From: an uncultured Ignavibacteriales bacterium
Lineage (GTDB): Bacteria; Zixibacteria; MSB-5A5; GN15; FEB-12
NCBI GenBank assembly: GCA_964464605.1
Contig: CAYXJN010000007.1
Span: 1 to 64,000 of the forward strand
Direction: 5' to 3'
Length of the DNA stretch: 64,000 nucleotides
Position 1 is the first letter of the stretch, and the number at the start of each line of letters is the position of its first letter. The position numbers were made by a program, and so were the translations under genes. Of the stretch, positions 17,636-26,281 are shown one piece after another. The notes below the pieces were generated by a model. It was not told where the DNA came from, did no database searches, and saw nothing but the letters and a program-made list of their open reading frames with translations.

Positions 17636-18595
17636 TTAGCGGGATGAATTATTGAGTTTTTGCATGATCGAGCGGGTTTGCTTGCGCAAATCGGCGAGTT
17701 CCTCTTTAAGGGCGGACTGAACTTCGACCATCAGGCCCATCATGAATAAGCCAAGCCCCATTCCGGCAAAGAAAATAACCAAAAACAGGTATAACCGATT
17801 ACCATGTTCGAGTACAAACCGTTCATAGAGCCCCCACAGCCCTATCGGAATACAGAGCAACAAAAGAATCGAACCAAGTCCACCGAAATACAGAAGCGGC
17901 TTTTTCAAAAAAGTAATCTGGAATTTCACCGCCAGCATATCGAGTACGCCGATAGGAATGCGAAAGACAGAGAACTTCGATTTCCCCCAGGAGCGGTCAT
18001 AAAGCGGAATTTTTACTTCTTCGACACGATACCCTTCCGCCGCTCCCAAAACCACTAAATAGCGGTGCCAGTCCCGGCGCAGGAAAATCCGTTCGACCAC
18101 CTCCCGCTTGAATGCTTTGACGGAATTCAGGTCATGTACCTTCAGATCGAAAATTTTTCGGGAGAGCCAGTTGTAAACAGTCGAAACAAATTTCTTCTGG
18201 TATTTCCCCTGTTTCCATCCGGTGCTGATATCCGCCCCTTCCGCTATCGGCTGAACCAATGTCGGAATATCGGCTGGCACATACTGCAAATCGGCGGGAT
18301 AGAAAACGAACACATCCCCTTTTGCCACGCCGAATCCGGTCTGGAGCGCTTCGGTTAACCCGCGATTGCTCTGATGACTGGCATAGCGAACGAATGGATA
18401 TTTCCTGGCGTTTTCTTTGATAGCATCGAGCGTTTTGTCGGTTGAACCGTCATCGATAAAAACGACTTCTGTGTCGAACGGCGCTTTGGCCATCATCTCG
18501 GCATACTGACGGCAAAACTCGCCGATATTCCCTTCCTCGTTCATGGCGGGAACAATGGTCGATACAAAAAAAGGGTAACGTTCCTGAGAATTCAT
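17636..18595 (-). CDS. Glycosyltransferase family 2 with two C-terminal TM helices (ArnC/GtrB-like polyprenyl-phosphate glycosyltransferase)
   Basis: IVPAMNEEGNI, FIDDGSTDKT, ADLQY and GKSKF motifs plus two TM helices. Confidence 0.85.
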   Translation of the reverse strand: MNSQERYPFFVSTIVPAMNEEGNIGEFCRQYAEMMAKAPFDTEVVFIDDGSTDKTLDAIKENARKYPFVRYASHQSNRGLTEALQTGFGVAKGDVFVFYPADLQYVPADIPTLVQPIAEGADISTGWKQGKYQKKFVSTVYNWLSRKIFDLKVHDLNSVKAFKREVVERIFLRRDWHRYLVVLGAAEGYRVEEVKIPLYDRSWGKSKFSVFRIPIGVLDMLAVKFQITFLKKPLLYFGGLGSILLLLCIPIGLWGLYERFVLEHGNRLYLFLVIFFAGMGLGLFMMGLMVEVQSALKEELADLRKQTRSIMQKLNNSSR

Positions 18596-18677
18596 GCTGC
18601 TGTTTGTACGCCTAAGCCTCTTGCCGGTTCACCTACGTTTGTGATGTCCTACAAGATGTCATGCCCAATGGATAATA

Positions 18678-19994
18678 TCAAGCGGTATAGACAATCCGGC
18701 CGCCCAGAATAGTCATCCAGGTCTGGCCGCTGAGTTTCCAGCCGATATAGGGAGAATTTTTGGAACGGGAATGGAATTGGTCTGCTTTGACCGTCCATTT
18801 TTTATCCGGATCGATAATCGTGATATCCGCAGCCGAACCGACTTTAAGCGTACCGCCGGGTAAATTAAGTATCCGCGCCGGATTGATAGTCATCTTGGCT
18901 ATCGCATCACCCCAATCGAGGTACCCTTTATCGATCAGATGCGTTTTGACAAGCGCCAGAGTTGTTTCCAGACCGATCATCCCGGGCGGGGCCTTATCGA
19001 ACTCACTATCTTTTTCCTCTTCGGAGTGCGGAGCATGGTCGGAGGCGATACAGTCAATCGTTCCGTCGATCAATCCTTCCAGCACTGCCTGTCTATCTTT
19101 TTCGGTACGGAGCGGTGGGTTAACGCGAAGGTTGGTGTCGAATGCTTTGCCGATTTCTTCATCGGTGAGAATCAAATGATGCGGCGTTGCTTCGGTTGTT
19201 ATCGGTAATCCTTCTTTTTTCGCCTGACGAATCGCTTCCACGCCGCCTTTGGTCGAAAGATGCTGCACGTGCAAGCGGCCTTTGGTCATGCGACAAAGTG
19301 CAATATCACGGAGAATTGCGATTTCTTCGGCGACTGCCGGTGCGCCCTTTAAACCCAGACGGGTTGATTGGAAAGATTCATTCATGACCCCACCTGCGAC
19401 CAGATACTGATCTTCGGCATGCTGCATGACCGGAATGTCGAACATCCGGGCATATTCAAGCGCGCGGCGCATAATTTCCGGATTTTGAACATAGTTGCCG
19501 TCATCGGTAATCGCGACAGCGCCCATCTTCACCAAGTCACCGATTTCAGCGAGCTCTTTGCCTTCGATATTTTTGGTAATAGCACCGACGACATATACGC
19601 GCGCATCCGCATTCTTGGCGCGATCCTGCACGAACTTGACTGTTTCCTGATTGTCGATTCGTGGCATCGTGTTCGGCATACAGCAAATCGTTGTAAAACC
19701 ACCGGCAGCGGCAGCGCGACAACCGGTTTCGACAGTTTCTTCATCCTCACGGCCCGGTTCGCGCAAATGGACGTGAATATCCAAAAGCCCCGGGACAACT
19801 AACTTTCCTTTGGCATCGATAACCGAATCTTTCGGAAGCTTCGCGATTGCCTTGCGGGTTTCGGCGGTATCTTTTTCTATTTTTTCGATTTTACCGTCTT
19901 TGACAAACAGGTGTGCATCCGACCCGAACCCGATAGAAGGATCGATAATCCGCCCGCCGCTTATGACAAACGTTTCGTTTGGCTGTTTTTTCAT
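18678..19994 (-). CDS. pyrC: Dihydroorotase (type I)
   Basis: DIHVHLREPG, MPNT, VNPPLR and IASDHAPH motifs. Confidence 0.96.
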   Translation of the reverse strand: MKKQPNETFVISGGRIIDPSIGFGSDAHLFVKDGKIEKIEKDTAETRKAIAKLPKDSVIDAKGKLVVPGLLDIHVHLREPGREDEETVETGCRAAAAGGFTTICCMPNTMPRIDNQETVKFVQDRAKNADARVYVVGAITKNIEGKELAEIGDLVKMGAVAITDDGNYVQNPEIMRRALEYARMFDIPVMQHAEDQYLVAGGVMNESFQSTRLGLKGAPAVAEEIAILRDIALCRMTKGRLHVQHLSTKGGVEAIRQAKKEGLPITTEATPHHLILTDEEIGKAFDTNLRVNPPLRTEKDRQAVLEGLIDGTIDCIASDHAPHSEEEKDSEFDKAPPGMIGLETTLALVKTHLIDKGYLDWGDAIAKMTINPARILNLPGGTLKVGSAADITIIDPDKKWTVKADQFHSRSKNSPYIGWKLSGQTWMTILGGRIVYTA

Positions 19995-20926
19995 TCTGCT
20001 TCCTCCTCTTTTCCTGAGAGGAGATAGAGGACAGCCATGCGAACGGCCTGCCCGTTGGTCACCTGCTCTAAAATAACTGACTTGTCACCGTCGGCGACAT
20101 CGCTGGTGATTTCCACGCCGCGATTGATCGGGCCGGGGTGCATGATGATGTATTTTTTGTTCAACCGTTTTAACCGGTCGGCGTTAATGCCGAAGAGTTT
20201 GGTGTATTCACGCTGGGAGGGGAACAGACCGGATGACTGCCGTTCAAGCTGAATGCGCATGACATTCACCACATCGGCGCCATCGAGCGCTTCATCCAGA
20301 TTCGTATAGCAATCACAGCCGAACTGTTCGACTTCGTACGGCATCAGTGTAGAGGGTCCGCACAGGGCAACCGAGGCGCCCATCGTTTTGAGTCCCCAGA
20401 TATTGGAGCGAATAACGCGGGAATGTTTGACATCGCCGACTAACACGACACGCAGCCCAGCCAGTTTGCCGAGCTTTTGTTTTATCGTGAACATATCCAA
20501 AAGCGCCTGAGTCGGATGTTCATGCTGCCCGTCTCCGGCGTTTATGATATTCGATTCCATACATTGTGTCAGGAAATATGGTACGCCCGATGAGGCATGC
20601 CGCACCACCACCATATCAACTTTGAGAGCTTCGATATTCTGCACCGTATCGCGGAGTGACTCCCCTTTCGACACGGACGAACCTGAAGTAGTAAAATTGA
20701 CCGTATCGGCCGAAAGCCGTTTTTCAGCCAATTCAAACGAGATTCGGGTGCGAGTAGATGGTTCATAAAACAAATTGAGTACAGTCAGGCCGCGCAGTGT
20801 CGGCACTTTCTTGATGGCGCGGTCGACCACTTCACGAAATGACTGCGCCGTATCGAGAATCAACTCGATATCTTTTTTCGGAACTCCTTCGAGTCCGAGC
20901 AGATGACGTGAGGCTAACCGGCTCAT
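19991..20926 (-). CDS. pyrB: Aspartate carbamoyltransferase catalytic subunit
   Basis: FYEPSTRTRISFE, NAGDGQHEHPTQALLD and MHPGPINRGVEI motifs. Confidence 0.98.
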   Translation of the reverse strand: MSRLASRHLLGLEGVPKKDIELILDTAQSFREVVDRAIKKVPTLRGLTVLNLFYEPSTRTRISFELAEKRLSADTVNFTTSGSSVSKGESLRDTVQNIEALKVDMVVVRHASSGVPYFLTQCMESNIINAGDGQHEHPTQALLDMFTIKQKLGKLAGLRVVLVGDVKHSRVIRSNIWGLKTMGASVALCGPSTLMPYEVEQFGCDCYTNLDEALDGADVVNVMRIQLERQSSGLFPSQREYTKLFGINADRLKRLNKKYIIMHPGPINRGVEITSDVADGDKSVILEQVTNGQAVRMAVLYLLSGKEEEAE

Positions 20927-21531
20927 TTTCCGCTTCCCTTTTTCTTCGACAGCTTGGCTGATTTCATCGGTTTTTTCTTTTCGGATTCTTCTGTGCCACG
21001 CTCGATATGGACGGCATCCGCGCCATCCTTTTCGGTTAACTGTACCACCACGCGATCTTTACGCGCCGTCGGGATGTTAACACCGACATAGTCAGCCTTA
21101 ATCGGCAACTCACGATGTCCGCGGTCGACTAAGACCGCGAGTTGGATCGTACGCGGACGGCCGAAATCGATAATCTGATCGAGCGCTGCGCGGATGGTGC
21201 GGCCCGTATAAAGAACATCATCGATCAGCACTACATTTCGGTCAGCGACCGAAAACAAAATATCGGTACGCTGAATAATCGGCTGGGCGAGCTTATCCTG
21301 CAAATCATCCCGGTAGAGACTGATATCCATCAACCCCATAGGGATTTTCACTTTTTCAAGCTGTTCTATGATTTTGGCGATACGTTTGGCCAAGTACGCG
21401 CCGCGGGTTTGGATACCGATAATCGCTACCGATTCCGCTCCGGCGTTATGCTCGACAATTTCATGGGCAATACGATTCAATGCGCGACTGATTTTTTTGT
21501 CATCCATGATAAGATCGCGCTTACCGGCCAT
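20923..21531 (-). CDS. pyrR: Bifunctional pyr operon regulator / uracil phosphoribosyltransferase
   Basis: RIAHEIVE, DISLYRDD, VLIDDVLYTGRTIRAALD and DRGHRELPI motifs. Confidence 0.97.
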   Translation of the reverse strand: MAGKRDLIMDDKKISRALNRIAHEIVEHNAGAESVAIIGIQTRGAYLAKRIAKIIEQLEKVKIPMGLMDISLYRDDLQDKLAQPIIQRTDILFSVADRNVVLIDDVLYTGRTIRAALDQIIDFGRPRTIQLAVLVDRGHRELPIKADYVGVNIPTARKDRVVVQLTEKDGADAVHIERGTEESEKKKPMKSAKLSKKKGSGK

Positions 21532-21622
21532 GGGAAACCTCGAATCGAGAAAATAGAAATTGCTGTGGGTGTGAGAACTGAATCTCTGATCCGTGAGATG
21601 TCAAATTAGGCTGGTGTGTCAT
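21521..21622 (-). CDS. Putative 33-aa leader ORF of the pyr operon (MTHQPNLTSHGSEIQFSHPQQFLFSRFEVSHGR)
   Basis: AAGGGA 6 nt before ATG 21622; open for 33 codons; the ORF overlaps the first 11 nt of pyrR. Confidence 0.5.
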   Translation of the reverse strand: MTHQPNLTSHGSEIQFSHPQQFLFSRFEVSHGR

Positions 21623-21624
21623 TC

Positions 21625-21667
21625 GTATTCCCTTGGCAACCTCTCTGGATTGCTTTAAAAGGATTCG
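21625..21667 (-). promoter_or_regulatory. PyrR-binding RNA element
   Basis: mRNA UCCUUUUAAAGC-AAUCCAGAGAGGUU-GCCAAGGGA matches the ARUCCNGNGAGGYU consensus with the upstream U/A-rich bulge; lies upstream of pyrR. Confidence 0.9.
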
Positions 21668-21673
21668 AATTCG

Positions 21674-21702
21674 AGTATCATGTCCGAACGGAACAGTGTC
21701 AA
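21674..21702 (-). promoter_or_regulatory. Sigma-70-type promoter of the pyr operon
   Basis: TTGACA-N17-GATACT immediately upstream of the PyrR element. Confidence 0.75.
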
Positions 21703-21742
21703 GAGGGGTCAGCAGTTTTTTGAAAAAATAAATGAGAGAAGC

Positions 21743-23119
21743 TCAAAATGTGGATAACATTCCCCGCCACTCGTTACTGGCGAAGAATGTTACGGCTGAA
21801 ATCTGTTTAGGCGTATCGGTCTTGGATAACAGCAGTACGCTATCGGCCAACGACTTTACTACTTCCCCGTCATGGGAGATGATAATTACGCCCTTCCCCT
21901 GCTGTTTCAACGATGCAACTAACTCATAGAAGCGGGCGACACCTGGTTCATCCAAACCGGCAGTTGGTTCATCAAGAATGATGAATCGCGCCGGCAACCC
22001 GAACGGGAGTGCAAAGGCAAGCCGCCGTTTCTCCCCGCCTGACAGCGAATGCGGATTCCGCTCATTATATGTGGTCTCCAAACCGACCGATTGCAGCCAG
22101 GCGTGAATTTCAGTGTCAGTGGGATTCTTGCCATAATTTTTCGGACCAAGGGCAAGCTCCTGTTTGCAGGTTGGCAAAAAGAACTGCTTTTCGGGAAATT
22201 GGAACAGCGTCGTGACTGCTTGATTCGCTGGATTTCCGTTTACGTCGATAGTACCGGATGATGATTTCAACAGTCCGCACAAAAGCATCGCCAGTGTACT
22301 TTTACCGCTGCCGGATGCCCCTACTACCGCTAATACTTCACTGGTCGTGAGTGAAAACGAAAGATCTTCAAAAATCGGCTGCTCAGTATAGGAAAATGAA
22401 AGATTGGAAACAGTCAATGTCGATTGTGTAGTCAGTGCTGCATGAGCAACTGTACGCTGCTCCTTCTTTGTAAAAGTCGGTACACCGTCACGAGCAATTG
22501 CACCGTTCGCGATTGTTACCATTCGCGGGTACTGCACTGCTGTATGCCGGTATTGGGTTATGTGCAAAATACTGATGTCTGGATGCGTCGCGTGAAGGGA
22601 CTGTAGTTCTTCGAGCAGTATTTGTTTCCCTTGTTCATCCAAGTATGAATCCGGTTCATCTAAGATCAAGAGACTCGGTTTGGTTATCATCACCCCGGCC
22701 AGCGCTACCCGCACCTTTTCTCCGCCGGAAAGTTCAGATACTAAGCGTTTGCGTAAATGTTCGATGTGAAACCGCTTAAGAGTCTCTGTTACCCGCTCCG
22801 CCATTTCATTCGGAGCAATGGCGAGATTTTCAAGTCCAACCGCGATATCCCGCTCGACAGTTGCTGCCACTAATTGATCATCCGGGTTTTGAAACAATAA
22901 TCCGATGGGGAGTGAACCGGGCGATGCTTTCGGAATATGCACGACACCGTGTGTCGGTTTTAATAGTCCTGCTAACAACAGGGCGATAGTCGATTTTCCC
23001 GAACCGTTTGCCCCCATCATGGCAACCCGTTCACCCGGTGCCAAACGAAGGGTGATATTCGATAATAACGGCGATACCGTCTTGTTGAATTGAAAGGTGA
23101 CTTGCTCTAATCCACACAT
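21743..23119 (-). CDS. Fused double ATPase of the ECF-transporter type (EcfA-EcfA')
   Basis: Two ABC domains (GANGSGKST and GASGSGKST, LSGGE twice, LDEP twice) with ECF-type Q-helix motifs FQNPDDQ and FQFPEKQ. Start moved to ATG 23119. Confidence 0.85.
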   Translation of the reverse strand: MCGLEQVTFQFNKTVSPLLSNITLRLAPGERVAMMGANGSGKSTIALLLAGLLKPTHGVVHIPKASPGSLPIGLLFQNPDDQLVAATVERDIAVGLENLAIAPNEMAERVTETLKRFHIEHLRKRLVSELSGGEKVRVALAGVMITKPSLLILDEPDSYLDEQGKQILLEELQSLHATHPDISILHITQYRHTAVQYPRMVTIANGAIARDGVPTFTKKEQRTVAHAALTTQSTLTVSNLSFSYTEQPIFEDLSFSLTTSEVLAVVGASGSGKSTLAMLLCGLLKSSSGTIDVNGNPANQAVTTLFQFPEKQFFLPTCKQELALGPKNYGKNPTDTEIHAWLQSVGLETTYNERNPHSLSGGEKRRLAFALPFGLPARFIILDEPTAGLDEPGVARFYELVASLKQQGKGVIIISHDGEVVKSLADSVLLLSKTDTPKQISAVTFFASNEWRGMLSTF

Positions 23120-23149
23120 AAAAAAACCGGCGCGTTGGTTTGCGCCGGT
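23120..23149 (-). terminator. Intrinsic terminator after gcvPB
   Basis: Minus strand ACCGGCGC-aaaccaac-GCGCCGGT followed by a T tract. Confidence 0.8.
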
Positions 23150-23171
23150 CAGTATATCAGATTTCAGGCCG

Positions 23172-24620
23172 TTAGTCACGGTAGGCAACATCCATTTCAC
23201 GGGCGGCGCGGACTTCATCGAGTCTGCGTACCGGCGTGTTGTACGGGGCGCTCGTGACTTTTTGCGGGTCGGTTTCCACTTCCCGCGCGATCGTCTGCAT
23301 AATTTCCGCGAAGGCATCGAGTGTCTCCTTCGATTCTGTTTCGGTTGGCTCGATCATGAGCGCTTCCGGAACGATCAGCGGAAAATAGTTGGTCGGAGAA
23401 TGGACGCCGAAATCGAGCATCCGTTTCGACAAATCACCCGTGCGGACGCCGAGTTTTTTCTGACGGTTCCCCGACAAAACGAACTCATGCATACAGTGGG
23501 TGTCGTACGGAAGATCGAAATCTTTTTTCAAAAGTTCTTTCAGGTAATTCGCGTTCAGCACTGCATTTTCAGATACTTTTCGCAATCCTTCCCCGCCGAG
23601 CGTCTTGATATAGGCATAGGCGCGGACAAGATTGCCGAAGTTACCATAAAACGAATGCAACTGTCCGATCGAGTACGGACGGTCATAATTGAACGAGAGC
23701 TTACCGTTGTTTTTCTCAAGCACCGGTGTCGGCAGGTACTTTTCGAGTTCTTTCGTCACCCCTACCGCACCAGCTCCCGGCCCGCCGCCGCCGTGCGGCG
23801 TCGAGAAGGTTTTGTGCAGATTGAAGTGCATGATATCGAAACCGACATCACCCGGACGGAAAATGCCGAGGTTGGCGTTTAGGTTAGCACCGTCCATATA
23901 CATCAAGCCGCCGTGCGCATGTACGATACCGGCGATCTCTTTGATATGTTTTTCGAAAATACCGAGTGTGTTCGGGTTGGTCATCATCATACCCGCGACG
24001 TCATCATTCATAACAGCGCGGACGGCATCCGGATGAATCACACCCTCAGCGTTCGATTTCACTTCAATCGCTTCATACCCGGCCAGCGCAACGGTCGCCG
24101 GATTGGTGCCGTGTGCGGAATCCGGAATAAGCACTTTGTGGCGCGCTTTATCTTTATGCAGGTGATACGCCCGCATAATGAGCAAGCCGCAGAACTCGCC
24201 GTGTGCACCAGCTACCGGCTGAAGGGTCATGCCCGGAAAACCGGAAACTTCCCGCAAATAGTCTGACAAATCCCAAAGTAACTGTAAAATTCCGGTCGCA
24301 GTGTTAAACGGCGCCAGCGGATGGCGTTCTTTAAAATCAGTAAACGATGCGGCGGCATCATTCAGCTTCGGATTGTATTTCATCGTGCAGGAACCGAGCG
24401 GATAAAACCCTTTGTCGATATGGTGGTTCATCACCGACAGGGCGACATAATGCCGCATGACTTCCCCTTCGGTCACTTCCGGCAGCTGCGTGTCGGTTTT
24501 CCGGCGGAATTTTTCCGGAATCGCCGCAAGGATTTCGGATTCACTGCGTCGAGTTTTCGGCAGCGTCGATCCGGTACGACCCGGCACCGACTTTTCGTAA
24601 ATAAGCGTCTTTTGCTTCAT
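23172..24620 (-). CDS. gcvPB: Glycine dehydrogenase (decarboxylating) subunit 2
   Basis: YPLGSCTMKYNP, PDSAHGTNPA and HFNLHKTFSTPHGGGGPG (PLP lysine) motifs. Confidence 0.97.
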   Translation of the reverse strand: MKQKTLIYEKSVPGRTGSTLPKTRRSESEILAAIPEKFRRKTDTQLPEVTEGEVMRHYVALSVMNHHIDKGFYPLGSCTMKYNPKLNDAAASFTDFKERHPLAPFNTATGILQLLWDLSDYLREVSGFPGMTLQPVAGAHGEFCGLLIMRAYHLHKDKARHKVLIPDSAHGTNPATVALAGYEAIEVKSNAEGVIHPDAVRAVMNDDVAGMMMTNPNTLGIFEKHIKEIAGIVHAHGGLMYMDGANLNANLGIFRPGDVGFDIMHFNLHKTFSTPHGGGGPGAGAVGVTKELEKYLPTPVLEKNNGKLSFNYDRPYSIGQLHSFYGNFGNLVRAYAYIKTLGGEGLRKVSENAVLNANYLKELLKKDFDLPYDTHCMHEFVLSGNRQKKLGVRTGDLSKRMLDFGVHSPTNYFPLIVPEALMIEPTETESKETLDAFAEIMQTIAREVETDPQKVTSAPYNTPVRRLDEVRAAREMDVAYRD

Positions 24621-24642
24621 AGGTGTCGTTGAAAAGCGTCGG

Positions 24643-25506
24643 TTATTTGCCGGCTTCTGCAGTTGTCCCTTTCAGCTTCTCGATCTGCTTTTGCGCGTAT
24701 TCGACATCTTCTGATTTCGGGTGCTTTTGAATGAATGCTTCAAAGGCAGCAATCGCGTTTGTCGTATCAGCAGCGCGACGGTAGGTAACCGCTTTCATGA
24801 TATCAGCGGTTTCTTCAAACATCGTACCGGTAAATTCAGTTGCTACCGCGCCAAATGCTTCTACCGCTTTCGCATGCAATTTCTTGCGCATATACATATC
24901 AGCAACGGCTAACTTACTTTCAGCGGCAAGGGAATCCTTACCGTTTACAGCAATAACTTTATTGAACCAGTTTTCAGATTCATCCGATTTCCCACTGAAG
25001 GAATACTTTCCGGCAATTTCATAGGCAAGCATGCGGGACGTATCCGCTTTCGCCTGCTCAACCATCGCACCCAAGGTCCCGATGCCGTTTTTGTAGTTAC
25101 GCACCGTTTCGATGTATTCGTCGGCCACAAGATAGGAAAGACGATCAATCTCATTCCCACTCGCATCGAGAACGACAAAGGTGGGGTACCCCATAACCGA
25201 ATATTTACGAGCCATAGCAGTATCTACTTCCGCATTTATTTGCACGAGCGCAGCTTCTTTGCTGAAAAAGTCGATGGACGGCTGCTGAACCAAATTGAGT
25301 GTATCGAACCGTTTGCACCAGGTGCACCAATCTGTATAGAAATCGATGACAACAGTTCTACCATCTTTTGCGGCAGCTTCCTGCGCTTCAGCCAATGACG
25401 CAAAACGCGGAGCTTTCGGTTTGTCACCGGTTGTAGCGGTTTCATCCGCCATCACCGCCATGCCCATGAGTAACAGGCTCATGAGAATCGTGAGTTTCAG
25501 TTTCAT
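24643..25506 (-). CDS. Exported thioredoxin-fold protein with C-terminal TPR repeats
   Basis: GGAGG RBS; signal peptide; DFYTDWCTWCK active site, cis-Pro GYPTF and a helical TPR-like tail. Confidence 0.82.
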   Translation of the reverse strand: MKLKLTILMSLLLMGMAVMADETATTGDKPKAPRFASLAEAQEAAAKDGRTVVIDFYTDWCTWCKRFDTLNLVQQPSIDFFSKEAALVQINAEVDTAMARKYSVMGYPTFVVLDASGNEIDRLSYLVADEYIETVRNYKNGIGTLGAMVEQAKADTSRMLAYEIAGKYSFSGKSDESENWFNKVIAVNGKDSLAAESKLAVADMYMRKKLHAKAVEAFGAVATEFTGTMFEETADIMKAVTYRRAADTTNAIAAFEAFIQKHPKSEDVEYAQKQIEKLKGTTAEAGK

Positions 25507-25543
25507 GTTACCTCCGTAGATATACCGTTTCATACTATATACA

Positions 25544-25912
25544 TTATAATGACGGCTGCACGAGATCATTGCCAAGTGCGCCGACTAAAATCGTTTCCGC
25601 TTCTTCCCGAAACTCCCGCGGCACCATGATGATATTCCCCGGTAATTTCGCCGCCAGTTTTTCAGATCCGCTGCCGACTGCCTTGAGGTCATCGGTGAGA
25701 ATCACCGAGGGGATATTGCTTGAATCGAGTGATCCTTTGGCGATATCCGATCTCGTTTTCCCGGCTACCGAACCGATAACTACCCAGCTTGAATCCGGAG
25801 TAGCGGCACCGCTATATCTGCCTGATTGCGGTTCTCCCAAAAGGATCAGACAATCCGGGCAGACCATGATATCGACCGGGTATTCAAAATGACATTCGGG
25901 GCAAATAGGCAT
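25544..25912 (-). CDS. Zinc-ribbon plus DUF2007-like (PII-like) protein, copy 1
   Basis: CPEC-x10-CPDC, then IAKGSLDSSNIPSVI...IMVPREFREEAETIL. Confidence 0.65.
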   Translation of the reverse strand: MPICPECHFEYPVDIMVCPDCLILLGEPQSGRYSGAATPDSSWVVIGSVAGKTRSDIAKGSLDSSNIPSVILTDDLKAVGSGSEKLAAKLPGNIIMVPREFREEAETILVGALGNDLVQPSL

Positions 25913-26281
25913 TTAGTCTGGTTCCTGTTCAGTTTCGTTTTCGTCGGTTGTGCTACCTACCGTCATGTTAAAAATCTCTTCTGCCTCTTCTTTATATTCG
26001 GCAGGAACCGAAATTTCAAATTCACCGCTTCCGACCGAATGAAACGGTGTAAGCGGCAAACCTGCCGTACCGAAAAAGCCGGAACGGGAAATCACCACTG
26101 CCGGAATGTTGCATGACTTCATCGTTTCCAACACGAAGTCAGCGGAGATGCGGTCGTTCACGCTTCCGACTATCATCCATCCCTCCTGATTATCAGAACG
26201 GGCCAGACCACAAACCGGGCAAACATCGGCATCTTCTTTTCTTTCCGCCTTACAGGCGGGACATGACTCCACTATGAGCAA
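25913..26281 (-). CDS. Zinc-ribbon plus DUF2007-like (PII-like) protein, copy 2
   Basis: CPAC-x10-CPVC, then FVLETMKSCNIPAVV...ISVPAEYKEEAEEIF. Start uncertain (TTG 26281 or GTG 26272). Confidence 0.65.
   Translation of the reverse strand: MLIVESCPACKAERKEDADVCPVCGLARSDNQEGWMIVGSVNDRISADFVLETMKSCNIPAVVISRSGFFGTAGLPLTPFHSVGSGEFEISVPAEYKEEAEEIFNMTVGSTTDENETEQEPD

Noticed and set aside
23120..23317. 66-aa N-terminal extension of the ECF ATPase in the ORF track
   Set aside because: It overlaps gcvPB in another frame and crosses a terminator; ABC-domain similarity starts near ATG 23119.
23097..23882. 261-aa plus-strand ORF, and similar long antisense ORFs at 53912-54511, 60739-61617, 28788-29318 and 46588-47253
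   Set aside because: They lie antisense to well-supported genes and show no recognisable motifs; they are most likely shadow ORFs.
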